From: Squalus acanthias
Lineage: Eukaryota
Direction of reading: 5' to 3'
Assembly: GCA_030390025.1 (NCBI GenBank)
Contig: CM059432.1
Span: 37,326,001 to 37,390,000 of the forward strand
DNA: 64,000 nt
Shown here one piece after another: positions 52,146 through 64,000 of this stretch (within the stretch, counting starts at the first letter, position 1; each line of letters starts with the position of its first letter). The position numbers were made by a program, and so were the translations under genes. Below the pieces are notes generated by a model that was not told the DNA's origin, searched no databases, and was given only the letters and a program-made list of their open reading frames with translations.

Positions 52146-52496
52146 TGAATGTACAAACCTAGAGTTCTCAGTTTCAATCCTCAATTGATGCTGTATTAAC
52201 TAATCCTACAAAGGCTGTTCTTAGATTAAGTGCCAGCAGTATCACCAAAGCAAACTTGCCGGCTTCAGTAAGGCTGACAGCCAGAGAGGCCACTGGCTGT
52301 GGAAGACCCCACCTCGGGGAATGGCACTTACCCATGTACATGGCATCATAAAGGTGGCTAAAGATCGCTCAGCACTTAGGATGGGCTCTGGATAGGGGAT
52401 CAAGCCAAAAACTTGGGCATCATTAAAACAGAGATGTCCAAACTGTGGGGCAAGGGCCATCTGTGGACCCCTTTGAGTTATGTCAAGCTGGACTGT

Positions 52497-53520
52497 GAGT
52501 CTTAGCAATCCAGCCCTGAGACTTGGCAATCCAGCCCTGAGCTTTTTTTAATTAATTTACGGGATGTGAGCGTCGCTGGCAAGGCCAACATTTATTGCCC
52601 ATCTCTAATTGCCCTCAAGAGGGTGGTGGTGAGCCGCCTTCTTGAACTGCTGCAGTTTGTGTGGTGAAGGTACTCCCACAGTGCTGTGAGGGAGAGAGTT
52701 CCAGGATTTTGACCCAGCGACAATGAAGGAACGGCGATATATTTCCAAGTCAGGATGGTGTGTGACTTGGAGGGAAACTTTTTCCCATGCACCTGCTGCC
52801 CTTGTCCGTCTAGGTGGTAGAGGTCACGGGTTTGGGAGGTGCTGTCGAAGAAGCCTTGGCGAGTTGCTGCAGTGCATCTTGTAGATGGTACACACTGCAG
52901 CCATGTTGCTTCCGGTGGTGGAAGGAGTGAATGCTTAAGGTGGTGGATGGGGTGCCAATCAAGCAGGCTGCTTTGTCCTGGATGGTGTCGAGCTTCTTGA
53001 GTGTTGTTGGAGCTGCACTCATCCAGGCAAGTGGAGAGTATTCCATCACACTTGTGCCTTGTATGTGGTAGAGAGGATTTGGGAAGTCAGGAGGTGAGTC
53101 ACTCGCCACAGAATACCCAGCCTCTGACCTGCTCTTGTCGCCATAGTATTTATGTGGCTGGTCCAGTTCAGTTTCTGGTCAATGATGACCCCCAGGATGT
53201 TGATAGTGGGGGATTCAACAATGGTAATGCAATTGAATGTCAAGGTGGTTAGACTCTCTCTTGTTGGAGATGGCCATTGTCTGGCACTTGCGTGGCGCAA
53301 ATGTTACTTGCCACTTATCAGCCCATGCCAGGATGTTGTCCAGGTTTTGCTGCATGTGGGCACGGACTGCTTCATTATCTGAGGCAGTCCAGCCCTGAGT
53401 CTTGGCAATCCAGCCTTGAGTCTTGGCGTTTCAGCCTTAAGTCTTGGCAGTCCAGCCCTAAACCTTGGCAATCCAACCCCCGAGTCTTGGCAATCCAGCC
53501 CTGGCTGCTAGCAATCTGGC
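52497..53520. repeat. ~21-bp tandem repeat (CTTGGCAATCCAGCCCTGAGT) split by the LINE
   Basis: About 2 units at 52497-52541 and about 6 units at 53385-53520. Confidence 0.8.
52543..53385 (-). mobile_element. 5'-truncated LINE family B copy
   Basis: MEYSPLAWMSAAPTTLKKLDTIQDKAA and QKLNWTSHINTMATRAGQRLG on the minus strand; tail at 52543. Confidence 0.9.
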
Positions 53521-54129
53521 TCTTGAAGCTCAGATAACCCAGTTCTATTTGTGCTTATTTTTTATTTGCTGGTTTGTCCTGTTTGTATTTTATGGGCCCA
53601 GCGCTTTGGAAAGGGCCGTTCTTAGTGCAGTTGCCTGATTGATGGATAAATCTTAAATCAGAACATCAAGATCTATTAGTATCCGTAACTTGAGATATCT
53701 GGGAATTAAAGGGAACAAGGACTGAAACTTTACATGTGGCAGGCAAAGCTTGTACAGTTGGGAAAGAGTTGGCTGCTGTGACAGGGGGATAGTAGGTTTT
53801 TTCTGTCTGTATGGGCTGAATAGCCTTCCTCATTATATCTATCTTGTGATCTCAGCTGGGTGTTAAAATTGGCCCCTGAATTAAGGAGGGGATAATCAGG
53901 CCCTTGTGATTCTTATCCATTGACACCCTTTGGTAAGTCCATGCATGTTAATGTCAGGTGAGAGGAGGACTATTCGGACAAATCACCCTACCTTCCTCTC
54001 TCCACAGATGCTGCTTGACTTGCTGAATGTTTCCAGCACTTTTTGTTTTTATTTCATTCCTGCCTTTCATGTTTTAAAACCTTATAACACGTGTTGGAGG
54101 CAGTGCAGAGGAAAGCCATGTGGCTGACC

Positions 54130-54480
54130 TCAGGTCTTAGGAATCTGGGTTAAGAGAAAAGACGGGAGAGACTTGGGCTCTTCAGCCTGGAAATGAGGCA
54201 GTGAGGGGTGATCTTACAGAGGGAAATAAGATGGTAAACGGCATGGAAAAGGTAAATTCAGCTTATAACTTTAAATTAAAGTGCCTGAGTAGGACAAACG
54301 GACAAAGGTTCAAACAAGTAAAAGGCAAAATGATACCAGGAAATTCTTCTTCACTCAGAGAGTAATAAACACTTGGAGTGGACTCCCAGAGAGAGGAGTG
54401 GAGGCAAAAACCCCGGAATAATTTAAGAAACAATTGGATGCTACAATGGTGGGGGTTTAATGGCTCATTCGAAAGTAGGA
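54130..54480 (+). mobile_element. Old diverged CR1 3' fragment
   Basis: ttgggctcttcagcctggaa...ggggtgatcttacagag...ttcttcttcactcagagagtaataaacacttgg. Confidence 0.6.
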
Positions 54481-54793
54481 AAGGTCCCTTGGTTTTCAAC
54501 CTCCACTCATAGCGCTATTCCCTCAGTTCTGCAATTCATCTAGTCGCCCTTCTTTGCACTGCCTTTTTAAAATAGAAAGACTGCAATTGCATGCAGCACT
54601 CCACACTTGGTCTCACCAACGAGTAATGCGATAACCGTGGCTTCCTGGGGCCCTGTGTGATGGCAGACAGTCGGAGAGAAATTACACAGAGTTTTTGAAT
54701 TGGCTGCAGTGTTTTCTCTTTTTTTTTGCCTGTCTCGGGAGACGTAATTACTAAGGGTTACGAGAATGGCATATGACTGGGTGAGCAGAGGGC

Positions 54794-56795
54794 CTTGATG
54801 GGTCTGATGATCTTGGTGGGCCTGATGATCTTGATGGGTCCAATGATCTTGATGGGTCCGATGATCTTGATGGGCCCGAGGATCTTGATGGGCCCGATGA
54901 TCTTGATGGGTCCGATGATCTTGATGGGTCCGATGATCTTGATGGGTCCGATGATCTTGATGGGTCCGATGATCTTGATGGGTCCGATGATCTTGATGGG
55001 TCCGATGATCTTGATGGGCCCGATGATCTTGATGGGCCCGATGATCTTGATGGGCCCGATGATCTTGATGGGCCCGATGATCTTGATGGGCCCGATGATC
55101 TTGATGGGTCCGATGATCTTGATGGGCCCGATGATCTTGATGGGCCCGATGATCTTGATGGGTCCGATGATCTTGATGGGCCCGATGATCTTGATGGGCC
55201 CGATGATCTTGATGGGCCCGATGATCTTGATGGGCCCGATGATCTTGATGGGTCCGATGATCTTGATGGGCCCGATGATCTTGATGGGCCCGATGATCTT
55301 GATGGGTCCGATGATCTTGATGGGTCCGATGATCTTGATGGGCCTGATGATCTTGATGGGCCTGATGATGTTGATGGACCCGATGATCTTGATGGGTCCG
55401 ATGATCTTGATGGGCCCGATGATCTTGATGGACCCGATGATCTTGATGGGTCCGATGATCTCGATGGTTCTGATGATCTCGATGGTTCTGATGATATCGA
55501 TGGTTCTGATGATCTTGATGGGCCCGATGATCTTGATGGGTCCGGTGATCTTGATGGGTCCGATGATCTTGATGGGTCCGATGATCTTGATGGACCCGAT
55601 GATCTTGATGGGTCCGATGATCTCGATGGTTCTGATGATCTCGATGGTTCTGATGATATCGATGGTTCTGATGATCTTGATGGGCCTGATGATGTTGATG
55701 GGCCCGATGATGTTGATGGGCCCGAGGATCTTGATGGACCCGATGATCTCGATGGACCCGATGATCTCGATGGTTCTGATGATATCGATGGTTCTGATGA
55801 TATCGATGGTTCTGATGATCTCGATGGTTCTGATGATCTTGATGGGCCTGATGATCTTGATGGGCCTGATGATGTTGATGGGCCCGAGGATCTTGATGGA
55901 CCCGAGGATCTTGATGGACCCGATGATCTTGATGGACCCGATGATCTCGATGGTTCTGATGATGTTGATGGACCCGATGATCTTGATGGGTCTGATGATG
56001 TTGATGGACCCGATGATGTTGATGGACCCGATGATCTTGATGGGCCCGAGGATCTCGATGGTTCTGATGATCTTGATGGGCCCGATGATGTTGATGGACC
56101 CGATGATCTTGATGGTTCTGATGATATCGATGGTTCTGATGATATCGATGGTTCTGATGATATCGATGGTTCTGATGATATCGATGGTTCTGATGATCTC
56201 GATGGTTCTGATGATCTTGATGGGTCTGATGATGTTGATGGACCCGATGATCTTGATGGGCCCGATGATCTTGATGGGTCCGATGATCTTAATGGGCCCG
56301 ATGATCTTGATGGGTCTGATGATCTTGATGGGTCTGATGATCTTGATGGGCCTGATGATCTTGATGGGCCCGAGGATCTTGATGGACCCGATGATCTTGA
56401 TGGGTCTGATGATCTTGATGGGCCTGATGATCTTGATGGACCCGATGATCTTGATGGACCCGATGATCTCGATGGGTCTGATGATCTTGATGGGTCTGAT
56501 GATCTTGATGGACCCGATGATCTTGATGGACCCGATGATCTTGATGGACCCGATGATCTTGATGGGTCCGATGATCTTGATGGGCCTGATGATCTTGATG
56601 GGCCTGATGATGTTGATGGACCCGATGATCTTGATGGGCCTGAGGATCTTGATGGGCCCGAGGATCTTGATGGGCCCGATGCTCTTGATGGGTCCGATAA
56701 TCTTGATGGGCCTGATGATATCGATGGTTCTGATGATATCGATTTGTCTGATGCTCTTGATGGGTCTGATGATCTTGATAGTCCAGATGATCTTT
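54794..56795. repeat. 18-bp minisatellite GATGATCTTGATGGG(C/T)CC, about 111 units, with no frame-shifting indels
   Basis: Directly visible; gives uninterrupted ORFs on both strands. Confidence 0.98.
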
Positions 56796-57237
56796 GCTCA
56801 CCCTCCCTCAACCAACACCACAAAAAGCACCTATGCAGTGGAGTGATTATGATCCTGAGCTAGCACCCCAGAGGCTCTGAGTTCAAATCTCACCATGGTA
56901 ACTTGGGAAATTGAATTCAATAAATTTTGGGCTGGCACCAAGAAAATTGACTGTGAAAGCTGTTGGGGTGTTGTAAAAACCCAATTGGTTCACTTTTGTC
57001 CTTCACGGAAAGAACTTGTTCTGGGCTTACAAGTGACTTCAGTCCTGCACTACATGGTTGACTTTTAATGACCTAGCAAGCCACTCTGTTGTAATTGCTT
57101 CAAGGAAAAGGCCCACCACCACCTTCTCCTACATTATAACAGTGACTACAGGTGGATGTAAAAGATTCCATGGCATCCAATCAACATCTCACTTTTCAAC
57201 ATAAACAGACAGATATTAGAACCACAGAGACACAAAT

Positions 57238-57419
57238 AGAACCAAGACATTGTAGTAGAGATGGACCTGATCTCACGTTAAATGTATCAGCTGATTGAAA
57301 CTGCCCAAAGTCTCCACTTTCAGACTGTGCGAACAGCTAACAGAGACTTCAGGCAGCTTCAATCAGCTGATATGTCTAACATAAGATCAGGTCAATCTCT
57401 GCTACAATGTCTTGGTTCT
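57238..57419. repeat. Long inverted repeat (77-bp arms, 28-nt spacer)
   Basis: agaaccaagacattgtagtagagatggacctgatct...aagtctc versus gagactt...agatcaggtcaatctctgctacaatgtcttggttct. Confidence 0.85.
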
Positions 57420-57539
57420 TTCAGATGGACTTAGCTTCCACCGTGTATAGCGGGCAAATTGCGTTAGCATGAACGCAACCTTTATATGCGGTGGAGACTG
57501 TACCAAACGTTGTTTCTGTATTCAGAGGAAGCACATCTG

Positions 57540-57740
57540 TAGAGCACCTTATTGTATCTCTCAGAAGCATCTCAAAGCACTTCACATACAACAAATTACT
57601 TTGAGTGCAGTGACATCTAGGCACACCTGGAAGCCATGTTGCACACAGTAAGATGCCACAGAGAGAAATGAGATGAATGACCAAGGAGTTTGGTTTGGGT
57701 TGAGGGAGGAATGTTGGCCAAGGCACCGGAAGAACGCCCT
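57540..57740 (-). mobile_element. Diverged Deu-domain SINE fragment
   Basis: catctcaaagcacttcaca...tactttgagtgcagtgac...ttgagggaggaatgttggccaaggcaccgg. Confidence 0.6.
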
Positions 57741-58714
57741 CAGTTTTTTGTTATGACTTCAAGTCCTGGACTTGGGGCTTTGTATCCACAGCTTTCTAAT
57801 TCAGAGGGGAGAGTTCAACCACGAGGTAAAGCTGACATTTTAATGCTTAAAAATCTACAAAATCTGATTTTGCTCAGAATTAAAAAGCTCGATTTGACAA
57901 AAAAGGGGGAAATAAACAAATGGAGAAATTGGAGCTCAAAATATGAGAGTAAATTCACGGATCCCGTTCTCACATAGTAACAAGAATAGGCCATTCAGCG
58001 CTCAAGCCTGTTGCGTCATTTTATTAGATCATGGCTGATTTGTACCTCAACTCCATTTACCCGCCTTTGATCCGTCACAGCAAGGAGCCATGCTCGAAGG
58101 CACTGTGAGTTCAACTATAGCCCTATCTCCAAGCTGTTCTCCCTGGATGTGCGGCCCCACACTGGGACATGGGATAGGTGAATTTACCCGATCGTGTTTG
58201 CTGTTTGATAAGATTATGTGGAATTTGTGTCCCAGAATTGGCTAATAAAATCCAAATTAGCCTGCCAGTGCAGTGGTGGGACCCTCTGATCTGCCAAGCA
58301 TTTATATTAAAAGAGAGACGATAACAAGTAATCAGGCAGAGAAACGACTTTAGAAAGTCTTTGCCCCACCCCCTTGCCCCAATAATAGAAACAAGACTAT
58401 TGTGACAGCTTGACACAGTGATTCGTTTGCATATGCACAGATTCAGGGAGGAAAGGGCTTCCTGAGCAGGTCATGACTGAGCGAGGCTGCCATGGTTTCC
58501 CCAGTGAGGCAGGGAAGTGGTTTTGAAAGACTTTCTGTGATCCGCACACCTCCCCCACACACTGAATCAGCACCAGAGACAACTGGAAATTATCTGTTGT
58601 TTGAGAATGAGACCCCCCTTCCATTCCAGGCTCTGAAAGAACTTGAAACTAAGCTGGCTCTGCTCCATCCATGATTTCCTACTCTTTTGCTCCCCTCTCC
58701 CCTCAAAGGCACTA

Positions 58715-58852
58715 GGGTAGATCTTGACTTTGTGCGATAGTGTAAAATGTGTGAGAGCGAATTGGCAGCCTGTTTTACATCTCTCCCAATTTTTATTTCC
58801 ATTGACTTCCACTGACCCATTTTATGCTATCGCACAAAGTCAAAATTTACCC
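58715..58852. mobile_element. 138-bp MITE with ~35-bp TIRs flanked by TA
   Basis: GGGTAGATCTTGACTTTGTGCGATAGTGTAAAATG ... CATTTTATGCTATCGCACAAAGTCAAAATTTACCC. Confidence 0.75.
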
Positions 58853-59481
58853 TAGTGACTCATGCTGGAGTACAGCTCCATGGGTGCTGTCTGCTCTCCC
58901 ACACCTAGTTCCAAATGGCCAAGACAGCAGTGTCCGGGAGATCCATGTTTAATTCTGGGAGACTCCAGGACAATCCGGGAGGGTTGGCTACCCTACATCA
59001 GGAGCAAGAATCCTGGCTGATTTATCGCCTGCCCAGCCCAGGAGCGCTGAGGCTGATTGTACTGGCCCTGTGATTGGCTGGCTCAGCACAAACCGGACCC
59101 GCTCTGCTCCTCCACTGTCGATAGCTGGCTGATATATCATTCGTCCTTCGACATCGGAGTGAGGTCTTTGATGACTGATGAGATCGACTTTTGCTCGGAA
59201 TGAGCGTCTGCGGAGTGAACTGTGGATCCCGGATATACTAGTTTGGGAATCTGGATTTTTCAAGCGAGACCTCCTCAGCTGGCGTTTACATTCAGCATCA
59301 GCAATGTGACAGGCCTCATAGTAAGGGGTACCTTCATGAATGGTTTTTCGCCATGCTTTTTTATCTTGAGCAAGTTGTTCCCACTTCTGGACATCTATTT
59401 AGCACTGTTTCCGAGTCGCTTTTATACCTCTTGTTGGCCAGCATGAAATCGCTTCCCAGTTGCCAATGTGCCATAAAAGAT

Positions 59482-60142
59482 GTAGAGAGAGCCTTACTCT
59501 TTATTTAACCCATGCTGTTCCTGTCATGGGGGTGTTTGATGGAACAGTGTAGAGGGATCTTTACTCTGTATCTAACCCATGCTGTTCCTGTCATGGGGGT
59601 GTTTGATGGAACAGTGTAGAGGGAGCTTTACTCTGTATCTAACCCGTGCTGTACCTGCCCTGGGAGTGTTTGATGGGACAGTGTAGAGGGAGCTTTACTC
59701 TGTATCTAACCCATGCTGTTCCTGTCATGGGAGTGTTTGATGGAACAGTGTAGAGGGAGCTTTACTCTGTATCTAACCCGTGCTGCACCTGCCCTGGGAG
59801 TGTTTGATAGGACAGTGTAGAGGGAGCTTTACTCTATATCTAACCCGTGCTGTACCTGCCCTGGGAGTGTTTGATGGGACAGTGTAGAGGGAGCTTTACT
59901 CTGTATCTAACCCATGCTGTTCCTGTCATGGGAGTGTTTGATGGAACAGTGTAGAGGGAGCTTTACTCTGTATCTAACCCGTGCTGCACCTGCCCTGGGA
60001 GTGTTTGATAGGACAGTGTAGAGGGAGCTTTACTCTATATCTAACCCGTGCTGTACCTGCCCCGGGAGTGTTTGATCGGACAGTGTAGAGGGAGCTTTAC
60101 TCTGTATCTAACCTGTGCTGTACCTGCCCTGGGAGCTTTTGA
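59482..60142. repeat. 67-bp minisatellite, about 10 copies
   Basis: Unit cagtgtagagggagctttactctgtatctaacccgtgctgtacctgccctgggagtgtttgatggga; period 67 (59545, 59612, ...). Confidence 0.97.
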
Positions 60143-60408
60143 TGCTGACACTGGGTACCTGCAATGAGAAGTGCTCCAATCCGCAGCACTGACATCCCTC
60201 ACCTGATGAACAGAAAGTTTAAAAACAAATTAGAAGAACATAGATGCGAATGAATTGCCTACAGAAGGCACACATGTGTAAGATTGCAATCGTGCATTGA
60301 GGAGTTGGGATGATCACCATAACCCGCAGGTGAGATAGTATGTCTGTCCCTCAGGGTACTTTGCATTAATATAATACATTAAATGAAACATTCTGCTATG
60401 TTTTTCAG

Positions 60409-60565
60409 CAAATACAGGCCTCAGCTGGAACAACACAACGACAATTTCTCTCTCTCCACCATTGCCGAGGGCTCCCACGCAAATGTAAGAAAACTATGCA
60501 CCACTTCATCTAATCTTTTACCCCATGGCCGTGCGTTGGCTTACTATGATAATATTATATGTCAG
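60409..60565 (+). CDS. CSPG5: CSPG5 cytoplasmic-domain exon; short form ends 60484, long form ends 60565
   Basis: Acceptor tttttcag|C completes AG+C=Ser in phase with the upstream exon. Reads KYRPQLEQHNDNFSLSTIAEGSHAN, then donor gtaaga or in-frame extension VRKLCTTSSNLLPHGRALAYYDNIICQ|gtaatc. HNDNFSLSTIAEGSH is the CSPG5 C-terminal motif. Confidence 0.95.
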
Positions 60566-60879
60566 GTAATCTCTTTTCTTGTGTATTCTCTAAATGCCTG
60601 TGAACCCGCAGCTAGAAGCAGAGCCTACCTGCCATCCCGAGCAAGTCTGATCTTACAGCGGAAAAATGCCCCTCTCTAATCACCTTTGGAAAAAAGAAAC
60701 TCACTAAAGTCAGGGGAAACTTTCTCTCCCAAACGGTAATCGAATTGTAGGATAAGTTAGCGGGGCAGTGGGCAGTGTAAATGGGTTCAAGAGGGTGGGG
60801 GTGAATCTTTGTAGAGGTTGTCCTGCTCATCTGTCTTTACTTCAGCAAAAGAGGGGGGAGCTCGCTGACACGTGGAGTT

Positions 60880-61215
60880 TTTTGTTCTTAATTTTAGGCC
60901 TATGGGTATTGCTGGCAAGGTCAGCATTTATTGCCCATCCCTAGTTGCCCTAAGGAGGTGGTGGTGAGTATTCTTCTTTGAAGCGGCTTGATACAACTGA
61001 GTGACTTGCTTGACCATTTCAGAGTCAATCATGTTGGTGTAGGACTGGAATCACATATAGGCCAGACCGGGTAAGGACGGCAGGTTTCCTTCCCTAAAGG
61101 GCATTAGTGAACTGGTTGGGTTTTTATGACAATCCAACAGCTTCATGGTCATTTTTATTGATTCCAGCTTTTTTTTCACTCCAGATTTTCTTTTAACTGA
61201 ATAAAAATTCTCAAA
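60880..61215 (-). mobile_element. SINE fragment with family-B tail
   Basis: gctggcaaggtcagcatttattgcccatcc...ggtttccttccctaaagggcattagtgaac. Confidence 0.7.
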
Positions 61216-62748
61216 CTATCGAGGCTATTAAAAGTAGCAAGGGAGGAAATTGCGGAGGCTCTGACCATCATTTTCCAATCCTCCCTGGCTACAGGAGTGG
61301 TGCCAGAGGATTGGAGAACTGCTAACGTTGTACCATTGTTTAAAAAGGGAGGAAGGGATAAACCGAGCAATTACAGGCCAGTTAGTTTAACCTCAGTGGT
61401 GAGCAAATTACTGGAATCAATTATGAGGGACAGTATCAACCTTCATTTAGAAAGACACAAATTAATCAAGGACAGTCAGCATGGTTTTGTTAAGGGACGG
61501 TCGTGTCTGACTAACTTGATTGAATTCTTTGAGGAGGTAACAAGGAGGGTCGATGAGGGCAGTGCGTTTGATGTAGTCTATGTGGATTTTAGCAAGGCTT
61601 TTGACAAGGTCCCACATGGCAGGCTGATCAAAAAAGTAAAAAGCCCATGGGATCCAAGGGAGAGTGGCAAATTGGATCCAAAATTGGCTGTGGCAGGAAG
61701 CAAAGGGTAATGGTTGAGGGGAGTTTTTGCGACTGGAAGGCTGTTTCCAGTGGGGTTTCACAGGGCTCAGTACTCGGTCCATTACTTTTTGTAGTATATA
61801 TTAATGATTTAGACTTAAATGTAGGGGGCATGATAAAGAAATTTGCAGATGATACAAAAATTGGCCGTGTGGTTGACAGTGAGGAGGAAAGCTTTAGACT
61901 GCAGGAAGATATCGATGAACTGGACAGTTGGGCAGAAAAGTAGCAAATGGAATTCAATCCAGAAAAGTGTGAGGTAATGCATTTGGGGAGGGGCAACAAG
62001 GCAAGGGAATACACAATTAATGGGAGGATACTGAGAGGTGTGGAGGAACAGAGGGACCTTGGAGTGTATGTCCACAGATCCTTAAAGGTAGCAGGACAGG
62101 TCGATAAAGTAGTTAAAAAGGCATACGGAATGCTTTCCTTTATTAGCTGAGGCATAGAATATAAGAGTAGGGAAGTTATGTTAGAACTGTATACAACACT
62201 GGTTAGGCCACAGCTTGAGTACTGCGTGCAGTTCTGGTCACCACATTACAGGGAGGATGTGATTGCACTGGAGAGGGTGCAGAGGAGATTTACGAGGATG
62301 TTGCCAGGACTGGAAAACTTTAGCTATGAGTAAAGATTGGATAGGCTGGGGTTGTTTTCCTTGGAACAGAGGAGGCTGAGAGGAAATTTAATTGAGATGT
62401 ATAAAATTATGAGGGGCCTAGATAGAGTGGATATGAAGGACAAGGGGTCAAGAACTAGGGGGCATAGATTTAAAGTAGTTGGTAGAAGGATTAGAGGGGA
62501 GATGAGGAAAAAAAATTTCACCCAGAGGGTGGTGGGGGTTTGGAACTCACTGCCCGAAAGGGTGGTAGAGGCAGAAACCCTCATCACATTTAAAAATTGC
62601 TTGGATGTGCACTTGAAGAGCCATAATCTACAGGGCTATGACATGGTGCTGGAAGGTGGGATTAGGCTGGGTAGCTCTTTTCAGAGCGGCACGGACACGA
62701 TGGGCCGAATGGCCTCCTTCTGTGTTGTAATTTTTCTATGATTCTATG
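61216..62748 (+). mobile_element. 5'-truncated CR1 LINE with stops and frameshifts
   Basis: [35 protein letters not shown]; tail gggccgaatggcc...ttctatgattctatg. Confidence 0.93.
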
Positions 62749-63346
62749 AAACTGCCACGGTAAAATTAGAACTCATGTTCTACACCGAATTATTAGTCCG
62801 GGACTCTGAATTACTAGTTCAGTAACATAACCACTACACTACTGTACTCACATATGCATGAAGTGTTCCCCTGAAGCATGCAGTATTGACACATTTAAGG
62901 AGTGGCTTCATGCATATATTAGGGAGAATGGAATAGAGGGAGGGTGCGAAGAGGTAATTGGAGTGGGAGGAGGCTCGTGTGGAGTATAAACACCATCATA
63001 GCCTCGTTAGGCCGAATGGCCTCTTTCTGTGCTGTAGATTCTATGTAGAAGAGCCGTGGAAATTACCTAGAATTTACAGCACAGAAGTAGGCCATTCAGC
63101 CCACCTGGTCTATGCCGGTGTATATGCGCTATACGAGCCTCCTCCCACTCTACTTCATTTAACCCTATCAGCATATCCTTCTATTCCTTCCTCCCTCATG
63201 TACTTACCTAGCTTCCCCTTAAATTCTGAAAGATTGGTGTTCACACCATTTTCCCAGAGTTTCCACATCTCTTTCACAGAAGTTATCGTGCATGAGTGGG
63301 AAAACCTTCATGGAAATTCAACCTCTGTGTTTCAGGGCAGAGTCAT

Positions 63347-63535
63347 TCATAGAATCATACGGCACAGGAGGCTGCCATTTAGCCCATCATGCCTGTGCCG
63401 GCTCTTTGGCAGAGCTATCCAAATAGTCCCACTCCCCTGCTCTTTCCCCATAGCCCTGCAAATGTTTCTTTTTCAAGTAAATAGCCAATTCTCCTTTGCA
63501 AGTTACGATTGAATCTGCTTCTACCACCCTTTCAG
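63347..63535 (-). mobile_element. CR1 3' tail fragment
   Basis: catagaatcatacggcacaggaggctgccatttagccc..., homologous to 12000-12190. Confidence 0.75.
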
Positions 63536-64000
63536 TGGATGGATTACAGGGTATGGAGCGAGGTTGGGTTGGTCAATGCAGCATATCTCGGAGAAGGGGA
63601 AGGGCCTTTCTTTGTAAAATATATCTTCCATTTTGAAAGCTTAGTGGCTCGCCAAGTCTCTTCCTGGTCTCTGGCACTAATTTCCTGTCACAAATTCCGA
63701 GTATGCTGCCCAGAAGGTCCTAGGCACATTTTCTCCAAAAGGCACCTGAAAATGGCCAGGGATATCCTGCTCGGTCCGATTTTCTATCCTCAGCTTGCAA
63801 CGGGCTGACTCGTTTTAGGAACAGGCTGTGTGGGGGATGTGGAGTGGGTACCCGTGTGGTGGTACAAGTAAGCTACAAGTTGGATAGAAGTTGGTCCATT
63901 TGCCAGCAGGCTTCAACCTAATAACACTAAAGTAGAACAGGAGAGTGCAGTTAGGCCAGTGCTCAGAAACATACACCGTGACCCACCAATTAAGCATTGA

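Larger units (their letters stand above)
23904..60408 (+). other. CSPG5: 36.5-kb phase-2 GT-AG intron of CSPG5
   Basis: The flanking exons join in frame (...RKR-S-KYRP...) as contiguous CSPG5 sequence. Confidence 0.85.

Noticed and set aside
54751..56846. 690-aa Ser-rich and 683-aa Met-rich ORFs as genes
   Set aside because: Expected from an 18-bp unit lacking stops; no unique domain or splice support. Kept only as a finding.
60566..64000. Final CSPG5 coding exon
   Set aside because: No recognisable candidate; it probably lies beyond the window. The upstream ectodomain exons were likewise not found in 1-23714.

Overview
Vertebrate genomic DNA, most likely from a cartilaginous fish judging by the CR1 LINEs, Deu-domain SINEs, Penelope elements and a 67-bp minisatellite. 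The window lies inside a + strand CSPG5 (neuroglycan C)-type gene. Two coding exons are visible: 23715-23903 (end of EGF domain plus transmembrane helix) and 60409-60484/60565 (cytoplasmic, with an alternative donor adding 27 aa). Their 36.5-kb intron holds a ~23.6-kb satellite of 30/31-bp units built on the palindrome TGTTAATATTAACA, a Penelope GIY-YIG fragment with a minimal hammerhead ribozyme, an 18-bp repeat open in three frames, and a 67-bp minisatellite. Four PIF/Harbinger-type elements with GGGG-starting TIRs and 3-bp TSDs are present. One is 8.3 kb, carries a Myb/SANT-like gene split by a LINE, and sits in a four-layer nest; two others entered the satellite at the same base of the repeat unit. 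No CRISPR array or prokaryotic system is present. Exon and TIR coordinates were read base by base; LINE and SINE boundaries are approximate.
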